Source: Camelus ferus (lineage: Eukaryota). From it: a DNA stretch of 64,000 nt. Position numbers and translations under genes: made by a program. The stretch's first letter is position 1; each line of letters starts with the position of its first letter. The stretch spans positions 13,084,001-13,148,000 of the forward strand of contig NC_045697.1 of assembly GCF_009834535.1 (NCBI RefSeq), written 5' to 3'. The notes beneath the pieces are model-generated. The model searched no databases. It was not told where the DNA came from and saw only the letters and a list, made by a program, of their open reading frames with translations. This document shows, piece by piece, positions 25,501-39,400 of this stretch.

Positions 25501-27999
25501 AACTATTCAGCAATGTTCCTGCAAAACCTGTGTTAAATAATTAATATTATTTATGCAATTATTTATTTAATATTTTAGGTCAACAGGCATAAATAGCAAA
25601 AGAACTGCAGTTGTCTTACCTAGAAATGAAAACTTAGAATAGAACAGTTGTACCTGAGATATGGCTGCCAACAGGACATTTCCAGAAGTGTAAATTGAAT
25701 TATTGTCAAAAGAGGGTAAAGTATTAAGACAAAAATTTCTGTTTCTTCTTTGATGCTATAGATACAAAAGGATTAAAATGCATCTTTCTCTTTCTTTTTT
25801 CCTATTTAAAAAAAATAGTGCTTATCCTGGCATTCGTGTTCTCCTGTATTTTAAGTTCTTTGCTTCTTTTTGTTTTGCTTTATTTGTTTAATGTGAATGG
25901 TTTTGTGAATAGACAGAAATATTTGATTTTAGAAAATAAGTCACCGCAACGCATTAGGTCAGATGTGATGGGGATGGGTAAGGTTGTAGACTGAAGAAGC
26001 CGGGGGAAAGGAGAATGTCTTAATATTTAAATCCCAGTGGGAAAGATGTACATCCCCTGAGGCTAGGAAGACTGAAGAGCGATGAAATTCTTATGTGATA
26101 GTCATGTGTACCCAACTGGTACCAACACCCCAAAGTGATAGAATATTATCTGGTGACGACTGTATGTTTGTTTTGAGACAAACTCTAGATTCTGTGAGCA
26201 GTGGATCTGGCTTGGTCCACAGGGACTTGATTCATTAGTCTTCTCCTAACTGAATATTCTACAAGGTCTTCATGAATAAAATGTAGTGAGAACCAGAGAC
26301 TCTTAGTATCTTTGGCTTTGTAAATTTAATATATCTTGTAAAATACGATGGGAAAAAGGAGGAAGTGGTTCTGACCTCAAATGATTATATTGAACAATTT
26401 GCTAGGCAGAGATTGAGTTTAAAACAAGTGAAATTTGATTTATATAATAAAATATGGTCTATCTAGCTATAATTTCCACATACATCAATTTCCTGGTTGT
26501 AGCTTCAAATAACATTATGCAATTTAACACTAAGTAGGTGGTTAATACATATGAGTTAATTATAACCTCAAAGTTTAATATTTTAGAATTGGAAGCTATC
26601 ACTTTAAAATTTCTTGGTCTTGATTAAAAGAAAGATAAACTGAAATCCAGAGGTGTCCTGTGCCTTTCACAAGGACATGTAGTGGCTTCTTTGGCTCTTT
26701 ATAAGACATAAAATGAAATACAGGAAAATCTATCTACAAGGAATTTGATAACTCCAGTCAGACTTGCCTGATCGGTTGGTTATTTGAATCATTTCCTCAC
26801 TTATGTAATCCAAATCAATGGCAAATATTGAGCATTAACTATCCATACTGACGGTTGAAATGTCCAGTTGAGTGGATTACTGAGTTCTGCTCCTTCTTAT
26901 TGACTATTGAATCTATGATTTGCAATCTAATTAATATATTAAATAGCTGTTTTTCCAAAATTAACAAGAAAAACTTAAGTGTTTATTGTTTAGTTTTCTG
27001 TTTATTGTTATCTCCTGGAGAAGTTCATTAAGTTTACAAAGATTTTTACTTACTTGTGTTCCATTTAGAAATACACCAACAACTTATTAAAAATACAGAG
27101 CTATAGAATGAACTACACTGTGAATAAGAAAGTTAGGATGAAAAGCCAAAGTGGCTGGGTAATAAAATCAAGCTATGAAAATATCTCACCAAGTTGAAAC
27201 AATAGGTACTTGTTAACTTGAGAGGTGAAGATAAGTTGATAAAGATACAGTTAGGTTAAATAAATTAATTCTTAAACTGTGGGATATGGGAAAATTTGCT
27301 TAATAGCAATTCAAATAAAAATAACGTAGGTTTGATGTGATTGAAACTCAATATGTACTCAATATTACATGGATAGGAAAATGCACAGTTGCACACAAAG
27401 AAACCTGACAAAAGAACAGGGAATGTGAGAGCATGAGTCAGCTGAGACAAATCAATGAAGCTACTAAAGGAAAACAGGAAGAAATCAAGGTAACATCATT
27501 AGGGAAAAGGAGATAAATGAAGTAGGTTAATAAACTCAAGTGACAGATTTTTATAAATACTTATTTCTGAGCATTATAAATTTCTTACAGAGCAGTTTGA
27601 GTTTTTACTAGAGAAGAAAGTCTTTTTTTTTTCTCAAAATCATTGGCAAAATAAGACATCTGGTTCACTGAGTCTATATTCATTAAGGGAGTATTTATTT
27701 TGCATTTTCTGTGCCACGCAGTGTCCATAATTGAATATTACTCTATTAGTAATTGAGGCTTGTAGTAAATATGACCCAGGTCTTAAGCTTTGTTAAAGAG
27801 TCAGTGTACAACCAAACAAAATTGACATAATTAAATTGAAATGATTTGACAGTCTTTCTGGAGGCATTTCATAATTCTTTCTTTCATTTGATCCATCTTC
27901 CCTGTTTAAGGTGGCACAGGGCAGGCCACAGTGCTAAAGCAGTCTTGTGCTTCAGGTCACCCAGCATTTAGAGTGGACAGAAACAGATACAGACGTGAC

Positions 28000-28630
28000 A
28001 AAATAACAAGGCGACAGCTGCTTTATGGATGGCGGAAGTGCAATGAGCTCTGTGGGTCCACAAAGGAAGATTAATTAATTCTTCAGAGATAAACTTTAAA
28101 GGAGGCAGGATGTTTGAATTGGGTCTTGAAGGACAAATATGAGTTTATCAGATTTTACTTGGGAGTGGAGAGATACTGCTTCCGTCAGTGACAAACTTAT
28201 TGAAATATTTTAGGGCCACCATTACTAGCATTCAGGATCACAAAAAGTGCAGAATAAAATAACACGACCCTATCTCATGTACCAAAATCAATGTCTAATA
28301 AGACTTGATTTCTATTTACCATTTTTTTTTCCCTTGGGAAACTTCTGTCATTCAAGAATTAACCTGCTGTACCTTCAGCTGGGGAGGCTCCCTGATCCTA
28401 CTCACCAAACTGGATTAGGTGTCCCTTCTCCGAGCTCCAGTGAGCACTGTGTGCATACTCCAGTCACAGGAGAAAGTGCTCTCAAGCACTTGTCACGTTT
28501 AATGGGCACAATAGATGTTTGTATAAGTTGCCCCACTAGGCTGTGGGTTCCTGTGGACAGCTCTTATCAAAGTGCCTGTCACATGGCAGGTGGTTCCATA
28601 AAGGTTGAATGAGTTAAATGATGAATGAGA
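28000..28630. mobile_element. L2 fragments
   Basis: 'tttgaattgggtcttgaaggacaaatatgagttt'; 'gtgcctgtcacatggcaggtgg..ataaaggttgaatgagttaaatgaatgaatga' is an L2 3' tail. Confidence 0.55.
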
Positions 28631-29341
28631 AGAATATGGAGATTTTCAATTGTTTTATTTTTGCAGTAAGTGTCGAATACATATTCAAGCAAAGGTTCCC
28701 AGTTGCCTAGGAAATTGATGACAAACTGCTTAGCCCAGTATCTCCAAGCTCACAATCTCTCCTTAATCCATATTCCCATCCCTAGCCCACTGATCTGAAC
28801 CTTATGCACCATCTGAACTGGAGTCTTCCTGAGCCTGCCTTGGACTTGTCATACCCCCACTTTCCTTTGTATTCTCTCTTGCCTCCATTAGACTATGAGA
28901 AGTAGTAAGCATTGACTAAGATTTGGAAGACAGATTCTAATCCTAGCTTAGTCAGGAATGCCTGTAAGACTGCGAACACACTGATTAATTTTGAGTGTTT
29001 GATTTTATTATCATTAAATAGTTATTTGTCACTGCTGTCTTCCTACACCCTAAGTCTGCTCCCATGACTTTACCCAAAACAATCTCTTTCCCTTGCTTTA
29101 ACTTCCTTTATAATATGCATCACTATCTGATGACCCAGAAACCAGAATAGTACCTAGCACAGAGTATATGATCAGAATGTATTTACTGAATGAATAAATG
29201 AATGAATAATTGATTCCATGCTTATTTCATAACTCTGAAGCCCTTCAAACAGTCTTTGTCCAATATACCTTTGTGTCTCCAACATGCTTAAACTCTGAAC
29301 CAGTCATATCGTGGATTTTCCAGGGATATTTTTTTGCGTGG

Positions 29342-29833
29342 TGAAGGAGGAGAGAATGTGTCACTCCAAAGTGTGCCATTCTGGCATATTGATTATTTTA
29401 AATGAAAGTCACTTGAGAAACAGCTGGTTCAATAACACTCTGACCCTCCTTTGTCCCTCTGAAGGCAGGAAATAAATCTCCCATGTGAAAAGTACCCTTC
29501 CTGTGCCAGGAGTAGAGAGACATCCTTATCACCAGAGATGGGGAATTTAGGGCTGAGAAGACTGTGTAAACAAACCTTGTTACCTCTTCACCAATTTACT
29601 ACCACAAGTCCAAGCTTCTTTGTCTTGTCAATTCTTCACAAATTTATTGTTTGTTTGTCTAGATGGTATAAAAGCTTCCTGCTTTGGTCACTTCTGGGAG
29701 TCTCATATCTTTGGGACTTCTGTGTGTATGAAATTAAACTTGTTTTTCTCCTCTTCATCTATCTTATGTCAATTTAATTGCTAGACCAGCCAAAGAACAT
29801 AGATGAGAAGGGAAAATCTTTTTGTCTCCTACA
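29342..29833 (+). mobile_element. ERV1 solo LTR, MER34-like
   Basis: Starts 'tgaaggaggagagaatgtgtcactccaaagtgtgcc..ggcatattgattatttt' and ends 'ctcctaca'; TATA-like gtataaaag and ATTAAA; imperfect 4-bp TSD gtgg/gagg. Confidence 0.8.
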
Positions 29834-31010
29834 GAGGTGAATGCATGGATAATGTTTGAATAAGTGGTTTTCATTTAAAACTATAGTAACCGTAGCACAG
29901 AGGGAAGTCCAGATCTGTTCACTGTTGTATTAAAATCATGAACTAAATAGAACCCTAAAAGCATGTTCTTGAATAATTTTATGTAACATGTACAAAGGAT
30001 GTAATTAAGTAAAGACACTATTTTATGGTATTGGGAAAAAAGTCGCAGTATCACACATTTTCTGGGGAGGAAACAGCAAGCCTTGGGCACTCATTATTAA
30101 CATATTTATATATATGTAGATATAATAATAGGAGTAAGGACTTTACGAAGTTGCCTTAGAACAAAATTAAACTCCAACACTGGAAAGCAATTTCTAGCAG
30201 TTCTTTTCTTCTGAAGAAAAATGAAAAGAAAGTCCACCACAGCCCTAACATCTATCTGGATTGTATTACCTGTTGTCCTCTGAGGTCACTGTCATGTCTC
30301 CATTTCTCTGCTGACGCAGTCAACTCCACCAGGAATCCCTTGTGTTCACCTACCTTCACCTCCCAACCCCCTAGTTATCTTGCAAAGCATCTTTCAGTCG
30401 CCTCCTCTTTAGAAGCTTATGTTTATCAGATGTGGTTGTGCTCTCTTTTACCCCAACAACACTCTACATACATCACTCCTATCTCCTATGTCGCATATCC
30501 GATTCTGTTTTAGGACAGCCATTGTATATGGATCTTATTCTCCATATTAGTTTACAAGACTCCTGAGAGCAGTGAATCATTTACTCATCTTTGCTTCCTA
30601 GCAAAGTGTCTTGAATTCAGGTTGTATATAAACACCCCGTTCTATAAATTGAAATGGAACACTCCGTTTCCCGATGGTGCTGACCTACTCCATTCAAGAG
30701 AAGCACAAGGGAGGCTCTGGATCCCTAGATGTTCACACATATCTATGCATTTATCCAGGTACTCTAGCATTCCAACTGTGGCTTTGTATAAGGCATCAGT
30801 GGCCACAGTCAGGAAGAATGGGCTAAGAGGGGACACACTAAATGTTGACTTTGTTATTCAGCTCCTCACTTACCGCTTTCACCTCAGTGCCTACAGATGC
30901 ATGATTTCCAGGTCCAAGACAGGGTAGAGGCTGCTGATACTGTTTGGGGCATATTCCAGGCCACACTCAGTAACTATGGTAATAGTTACAGGTAAAACAG
31001 CTGGTGGTAC

Positions 31011-31519
31011 TGTACCATATAAATGAGCCAAAGACAGCCTTCATGTATTGGGGTCTAGGTTCTTATTCCTTCAATGCAGGCTCAGACTGGTTAGCTCAAA
31101 AGCCTGCAGGCCCCAACTTCAAATTTTTACACATGCAGTTACTTTTAAAATAATTCAATATGTGGATTTTTAGAAGTTAAAAACCTGCCTTCTTTGCACA
31201 GCCAGTGGAAACTCACCTCACATCTGCTGGCCATTGATAAGAGAGAGCCCCATGGTTGTTAGACTCCGGAGCTGTCTCTCTGAGGTCTCTGAACCAGAGA
31301 CTCCTACCAGCTGCTAGCAACATCCCCTAGACATGTGAGCCCCTTCTGGATCCCCCTCTCCCCCAGGAGTTCCCTTGCCCATCTCCCCATCTGGATGGTG
31401 GTCCCCTGGGGGCTCTTCCTCTTAAGGAACCCTGTCCAGACCACCCAACAAAGAGGCACTGGGGTGCTGCCTATCATGGTCATATCTTTTTCCTAGATCA
31501 GCCCCCAATACCTTCAACA
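31011..31519 (+). mobile_element. ERVL solo LTR, MER74-like
   Basis: 'tgtaccatataaatgagccaaagacagcc..ttagctcaaaagcc..caaatttttacacat'; ends 'ttcaaca'. Confidence 0.75.
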
Positions 31520-34329
31520 GAATATCATCAAAGTCCTTTCTCAGAAGAAAAGAAATAAGATAAATCTATTTATATATATAGAGAGAGATCTATAAATATA
31601 AATATAGATAGCTAGATAGGTATAAATATATACATAGATTCCCTTTTTATGTTGTTTTGCTTTGTTTTTCATTTTAACTCACATTTTGATTCTCTTATCC
31701 TTTTCCCTTTTAAACAGTCTCATGGGCTTTCTTTCCATCGATTTATGTTTTCTCTTGAGGAACAGATAGAATTTTAAACAGCACAGGTTATGTAACACAT
31801 AAAGATTAAAAAATAAGAGCAGAGAAGTCATGCTGGAATGTGAACACGGTGTTCAAACACACACATCCTGGTCCGCAAAGTACCCTGCAAGAAAATCTGC
31901 TCAGCAAGCTTTTGGTGACCTGTACCTTAGCCATACAATCTTTATCTAAGGTAGGGAGATTACGGCTGTGAACCTTTCTTTTTTCCTTCTTTATGTAAAC
32001 TGCCATCCTTGATAAAGAAATACTAGCTCACACAGCCTTTCTCTCCACCATCCTTCATAGGCTCCAAGCCTGGTCATTTCCCATCACCTTAGATACTATG
32101 AAATCCCTTCCATGGTTTTCAATTACAATTAACTTTAATATCGCCTTGGCCTCCCTCTGTGTTCCTACTCTGCAGTTGTGATTGAATGTGGACTTCTTGA
32201 CAGCCCCAGCCCGGCATTTCATCATGGAAGGAAGCTCCTGACTTTCATCTAGACTGATTATGCAGGTATGAGTTTCCCATGGCAGCTGGCTGAGATCTCC
32301 GTGGCAGCTTGCCTCCCCCTGGCATGTATACTCTGTCACCAAAAGGCATTTTTATGTCTTTCTTTGCTATGTGTCCTTTATAGCTCCTTGCTAGACAAAA
32401 CAATTCCTTAAGAGAAAAAAGGGACAGTGAAGGGAGGGCAGGGTGTGGGGAACCACAAAAGAATTGGAGGGGAGGAACAGGAAGAGTAGTGAGCAACAAC
32501 TTCCCTTCTCTCAAATTGTCCTATTTAGTATGCCCTATAAAACTCTTAAAGGGGACTCAAGGGTTTTCAGAAGAAGGAAATAGGCATTTACCAGACTTCT
32601 ATGTAAAGAAACAATTATATTGAATGCTGACTATTACCTTAATACTGTAGCAAGCATTTAAGCTCCATCAACTCATTAAAAATTGACAACAAATTAATTG
32701 ATGGTCACTATTATTCTCCTATTTTACCAAAAAGTAAACTGAGCAAAGTTACACTTCCTAGTTAGTGAAGACGGGGCCTTGAACTGTACTCCTAATACTT
32801 GCAGATCTTTCCTACCCATAGCCATAAGTTTATTCAGCCTCATGGTGAATCTGAAATACGTGTTATACTTTTGTTTTAGATGTAGACACTAAGGTTTGGG
32901 AAGTAAACTGCTATTTACTCCTATGTATGTACTATATATAAATGTACTATCCCTTCAAAAGAACTGTGATATCCTACAGAAAAACTACAAGCAGTAAATT
33001 AGGTCTTCAAAACGTAGAGTGGCTCCAAATTCAGACAGCTAGTGAGGTGATGGAAAGGGTTCAAGGACAAATATGTCTAGCTCCAAAACACACTCACCTT
33101 CCATTACAGCTTATTGATTCCCCAAAGTAGCCTAGACAAAGGGGAACAAGCCAGTCTCATTCTAATAGGATATTTCTGGGTGAAATTTTTCTTAGATGTT
33201 ATTTATTTGTAATAGTTCCAACCAAGTGGCCATATTTTCTAACAGTGTCAAAGTTATTTGGGCCCCTAGGACAGATATAGGCATTTATACAACAACAAAA
33301 AAAGGAATGGAAAATTTGACAAATGACATCCCATTACACTAAGAAAATGGAGAAGAAAAACACTGTTCATTTTATTAGTCATCAAAATAAGTCTTTATTT
33401 AAGGGGTCAGGTGGGAAGAGTTATTTAACAAGACAGGATGCTTAAGTGTTAATATTTTTACTCTGGGTGTGGGATTTCTGATGACCAATATGAGGAATCT
33501 CACCAAATAACCACAAAAAGGAAATCATACTGCCTGGAGCAATGCCAGTGTGAGAGGGAAGGAGTAAAGGCGACCTACTAAGTAAGCAGGACAGTCTGCC
33601 AAAAGCCAGATTCAGGTTAACATACAGATTATTAGGGCATTTGATATATGGCTAATAAGGCCTGTTTTGCTTTATGGTAGCCTTTTTCAATTCTTATTTT
33701 CCATCATATAATTGACTTGTATGTGACGGAAATTTGATACCAACTTCACCATCCCGATAGAAGTATTTCTTGTTTTATTTTTTAATAGTATTTTTAATAA
33801 TATTTTTAAAATCGAATCCAGTATTCTAAAGGTGTTCTTTACAGACTTCTCTAAGAAAATTCATTTACCTGTCCTCTATTCACTCATATTCATATCAGTA
33901 CCATAGCAAGTACCGATACTCATTATCTTGTTTTCTTGCCATATCTCTGTTTCCTATTAAATGAAATTATTAAAGGAAGAAACTCTAGCATTATAACCTA
34001 TTTTTAAAAGTGTTTAGCTTTGTTCAAAGTAAGTTATCAATAAGCAATTAATTTATAATTGAAATTGTAGAATACAATCATCTGTGCCTCGATCTTTGTT
34101 TGTTCTGAGCCCATAGTGGAACTGGATAATGGGAAGTAGTCCTTTAAAAATGGAAAGCTGACTTAATACGTGTATGGTGGTGGTGGTAATGTTCTATCTT
34201 ATTTCAGTTAAGATATAATTAATTAATCAATTAATTAGGTAAGGCACAATTCTTGCTGGAAAAGTACTGAGTGGCTTGTTGACTACATGGTTTAAAGCCC
34301 TAAAATTTATAGACAGAAAGGAGTAGGTG

Positions 34330-34800
34330 TTTGATATAGTCAGCTTGCCCATGGTATCCACTCTATGCTCCAGAAGACTGGCCACCTGAGGACTGCAGCC
34401 CAGTGTTCCCTTCTGGCTGTCTGGTTGTCATCTGGGTGTGGTCAGTGGGAAGCACAGGTCAGCATCAGAAGGAGGGAGGGGAATGAGGTCGGGGAATCTA
34501 CTACCCTGGCTTTTGTCCCCTTGGGTCACCACAGTTGGATATGTCCTTCTACTGTAGGTCATAGTCCCTGTCAACCCCTGACTCTCTCCATGCCCTTGCC
34601 ATGCTAGGTTCCATAATCATGCTGCTGCGTTATTTCCTCAGACCCAAAAGTGGGAAACGCCCCTGCTATCACCAGCTCTAGGAGTAATGCACAGATTCAC
34701 ATTTTTTATCTAAACCCTCCACATCCTTGAATATAATCCCTTTATCAAACTCTCCTCAATTGCATAATTCAGTAATGCTTTTTCTTACTGACAGAAAGAT
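34330..34800 (+). mobile_element. ERVL LTR relic (LTR16/LTR40-like)
   Basis: 'gtcagtgggaagcacagg..ggagggaggggaatgaggtcgggg' and 'ttatcaaactctcctcaat'. Confidence 0.5.
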
Positions 34801-36143
34801 ACGGAAAGTATCACATGTAGTGCTTGGCAATGATTTACGGAGCGTCTCTATGGATGTGCCTTGCAGTAACTTGAAAAATATAAAATGCAGAAGCTGTATC
34901 TTTACAAATTAAAGCTGAAATTTGAAAAATTCAAGTCCTTCTTCACACTTTTTTTACACAACCACAAATAATAGCTTCCATTTCTTTGCCCTTGTACTGC
35001 ACTGATGCGATTTGAATTTTCACTGTATCGGGAAAAGGACTAGGTGTGATTATGTGACTATAGCCACAAGTCTCAATAAAAGCAAGTGGCAAAATCAGAG
35101 TTGGTAGTAGTTAAAATACAATTAACTTGCATACATTTGTAAAATCAGCTTTACATTTTTAAAGGACTTCTTGGAATCAGTATAAACAAAAATTGAAGCA
35201 CAGAAGATTGCACCTTAAAATTTCAATTCAATTTTATGAAATAGTGTAACAAAAATTTTAGTTCTTGTTTACCAGGTGTCTTTCCTAGATACTTTCCAGT
35301 GTGTTATGAGTACAGATTGAAGACTCCAAGTGAGAAGCAGTTTATGCATTAGTAAAATCTTTCCTCGTGAAAACAAGCAAAGGTGTTTTGATTAGAGATA
35401 GGTAGAAACCAATTTTGTTTTAAAGTGTGAGGGAAAATTTTGACTAATAGAAAATAAAATTATTCATTATATGGGAATACATACTAACTGCCTTTAAAAT
35501 TTATTAAATTGTACTTTTCAAATATATGGAGAAAACACCTTGCTGATAGTGAAATGGACTGTGAGCTCACTTGTATGTCAGAGGGACTTGACCTTTATCC
35601 AGTTAACTAAGGTAAATTTATTACTATTGATAGATACCATTTATTTTTCTTCTTTCTAGTTCCACATACTCTATGTGTTCCTATTTTGACAGTTTGAAAG
35701 TGTATTCTATTGACTGTATATGTGTGGTTGAAAGAGATTTAATTTTCAGGCTATAAACATCAAAATTAAGTAATGCTTAATTACACTTTTATTTCTCAAT
35801 TGTTTACTATTTCAGATATAAATGATACATGTTTTTGATTGACTGCCATTAATAAACATAAAATTTGCAAATTTTATAATTTTTCAGAACACTGAAGTCA
35901 ATAAAGTAATAATGTATCGTGTAACTACTTTTTAATAGTATTTATTTAGAAAACACATTTTAGTTTCTACTATATGCCAAGTAATGCCTAAAAGAAAATT
36001 TAGGAATTGAATACTAAAAATACTTGCAGTTTAATGAAATCACAGATACTTGATTAGATCATGTAGTATGAAGAGCTGTCAGCTCAATATATAACTTTAT
36101 GTATAAATATATGAATATCAAATCACTGAAGTAAGAAAAGTGC

Positions 36144-36526
36144 TGTTGGTCAAGATAAATTATGCTGTGGCAACAAATAATCCCCACAATTCGTATGCCT
36201 TAACATGATGGAATTTTATTTCTCTCTCCCTCTGTATGTTAAATGCAGGAAGGCAGGTTGCTCTAGTTATTAATAGACACCCAGAGATTGCCCTAACAAA
36301 GGCTCGATCTTGACACAGGCGTTAATAATCACCATGACCAGGAACACATGACATATCACACACTGAATCTTAAAGCTTCTACCTGGAAGAGACACACTTC
36401 ACTCTCCCGTATGTTTCACTGGTCCAACCAAGTGTTTGACCACACTTACCCTCAGAGGAAGTAGAGAGGCACAACGTGTTTAGAAAAAGAGAACTGAAAT
36501 ATTTAACAGCTCAAATGCTTACACAG
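36144..36526 (-). mobile_element. MaLR LTR, MLT1J-like
   Basis: 'gtcaagataaattatgctgtggcaacaaataatcccc', 'cttaaagcttctacctggaagagacacac..ttcactggtc'. Confidence 0.7.
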
Positions 36527-37959
36527 TGTTAAATCTGAATATACAACGCAGCATATTCCACAGGGAAGGTAATACTGAAGTAATTCCTAAATAGGAGAAA
36601 ACATTTTTTTAAGGTAGATTAGTTATTTCAAAAATAGTTTGCACCCTAATCTGTTCTACAGGTCCTTGTAACTTAATTTTTATTTAATAATTTGTCATAA
36701 TAAACAAGGATTTGTCTTTCTAATTATTAGCCAATATCTTCATATATAAGATTTTTCTATGCATGCATTATAGATATATAATGATTTGACATTTTTAAAA
36801 AGCCTAAAATATTTCATCAGTATTACTGTAAAGATAGTCTATGTCCTTTGTCACATATACAAACTGATACCAATATTTTTATAAGTTTATGAATGTGCTC
36901 TAAATTATTTTGAGAGGTTTGGGTTTTCTCTCATGCTAAATATTTCCCTCTAGTTCGTTGTTCTATGTTGTTTTCAAAGCAAAACTAGATACTACAATTT
37001 TGATTTATTTATTAAGTGACCTTTATGAGTTTTGTGATGTTCCAATATACTGGATGCCCTGTATAAAAAAAGAAAAGACACAAATGCATGCACAGATAAA
37101 GTATTTTTTTCTTACATATCAGAAAATGATGTTTTGTTATTGTTGAGTAGAATTTGAACTTGGGAAAGTTGATGTTTCCTTCAAAATTCAAAAGTGACAG
37201 TGCTAAAGCATATTCTGGCCCTGGGAAATTCAACTTACCAGTCAATTTTAGAACAAACATTAGAAGGTAAATGTTTTGTTTGAGAGCTCATCTGTGGAAG
37301 ACACTATAGAATATTTGATATTTTTTAAATGGGTCCAAAATAAATTTCAAATATAATATTAGGAAGGTTTTCAAAGGCTATAGATCTACGAGAAAAGAGT
37401 TGTATTTTTACTTTTCTTTGGAAGACAGTATTGGATGGTGGGATTTTCGGTAATATATTCATAGTTTTCTTTAAAAGCCACATTTTTATTTTTTCCCAAA
37501 TGTTCAAAAAAATGCTGCCAACATTCTACCATTCTTTCCAAAGGAATTAAATTGATTTCCATCTTCAACTACAAGTACAGCTTCCTTTCCTTTATGAAGC
37601 TCCCTTTTCTCACTTTATTGCCTATTCTAATATTCGTTCTCATTTCCTCCAAGTACCTGCTTCTCTTCTCTCTAGACAGACTACAATTTCCTGCCTGAAT
37701 GTTCTGAGTTTCATTTTTTTTATTTTCAATTCTATCTTCTGGGTTTAAAATCGTTTCTTCTCTTGTGTTTCAGTGAAATGCTACCAGTTTCTCTTTCAAG
37801 TTCCTTGGTTGAAAGAAATCAGAAATTGCAAGGAACTGACTTTAGATGCCCTCAGGATATGCATATACAGCCCTGAGAATGCTCACAAATATGTATTACC
37901 ATATATCTTGTACAGAAGAGGAAACTATGGTTGAGAGAGACAATTATTATAATAAAAAT

Positions 37960-38140
37960 AATTACAGTAGTTAATGTATTTCTATCTTCTAGGCACCATG
38001 ATTTGCCTGTTACAGAAATTATCTCATTTAATCCATACAGTAATTCCAAAAGGTAGGTAGTATTATCTCCATTTTATAGAAGAAAATGAAACTCAAAAAT
38101 ATTAAATCATTGGCCTATACACTGTGGAATTTTAACTAGC
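37960..38140 (-). mobile_element. MIR SINE
   Basis: 'atctcatttaatccatacagtaattcc..aggtaggtagtattatctccattttatagaagaaaaaatgaa'. Confidence 0.7.
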
Positions 38141-38313
38141 ACTCTATAAAGAGTTCCCCAAAATGGTAGTCACAAAATGATTCATGGGACAATGACCATA
38201 ATTTCCATGATTTTATGATGATTTATTTATGAGTTAACCCTCACTCTCATATCAGATTCATATATGCCAAAACATCACACATGGTATGTTGATTTGTCCC
38301 GAGGTAACAAACG

Positions 38314-38676
38314 TATCTTAGTCTGTTTGGGCTGCTTTAACAAAACACCACAGAATACGTAGCTCAGAAAGAGCAGAACCTTGTTTCTCACAGTTCCAGA
38401 GGCTGGAAGTCCAAGCTCAAGATGCCAATATGGTTGAGTTCTGGTAAATGTCACCTTTCTGGTTCATAACTGATGTCCTCTCTCTCTGTCCTCACGTGGT
38501 GGATGGGACAAGGGATCTCCAAAGCCTCTTTTATAATAGCACTAATCCCATTCACAAAGGCTGCACTCTCAAGAACTAAGCGCCTCCCAAACACCCACCT
38601 CCTAACGCCATCATCTTTGGAAGTTAGGACTTCAACATATGAATTTTGGTGGGACACAAACATTCAGACATTAGCA
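38314..38676 (-). mobile_element. MaLR solo LTR, MLT1A-like
   Basis: 'tatcttagtctgtttgggctgc...tctcacagttccagaggctggaagtccaag...gggacacaaacattcagacattagca'. Confidence 0.9.
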
Positions 38677-39059
38677 TTTGGTAATGTCACCCCATAGATA
38701 GTCTAACAGCTGGTATCATTACTTCTTTTTTTCAGTTGCTTTCAGCACATTGAGATGCAGTGTAGTTAAATTGCCATTAGCTAAATAAATTTAAAAATAC
38801 ATTATTTTAAAAACTATTATTTTTTAAAATAATCTACTCTGTCATGACATGAGAAATGACTATAAAATGATATTTAGAGCCATAAAAATGTTTGCTGATC
38901 ATCTCATGGCCAAAACTTATGAGACATTCAACATTCAAGATAAAGTATGCAATTTTTTTTTTCCCACTTAACAAGTGCAACTGCCTCTATCAGCTGACAT
39001 TTTTATTGGCATTGTGGAGAACATACATATCTTTTTCTTGTAACTCCACATAACTTCTA

Positions 39060-39400
39060 CTGTGGGTGGAGTGTATTTTCCAGGACCATGATGTTGGACT
39101 TGGCCATGTGATTTTCAGTGCTTAAAATTATCTTAGTAGACTTAGATATGTGGGTCTGGTTTGCCTTGCCCTTTTGAGCACCGGTTTTCTATAAAAAACA
39201 TGCTATGAGTAACTTTTGATTAAAAAGTAGTAATTAGAAAACACACAGAGCAGTGCTGAACCTAACTCACAGTGCAGAACCAAGCCTAGCTGATCCTAAG
39301 TGGATGCCCCAGTGGACCCACAGACTATAAATATTTGAGACAGTTCAGCAGCAAAACAAGTGCAGATACCCAGTGGTAGTCAATGGTATGCTGAATAGCA
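39060..39400 (+). mobile_element. MaLR LTR relic (MLT1H-like)
   Basis: 'gtggagtgtattttcc..gatgttggacttggccatgtga', 'cagagcag..tgaacctaactcacag'. Confidence 0.5.
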
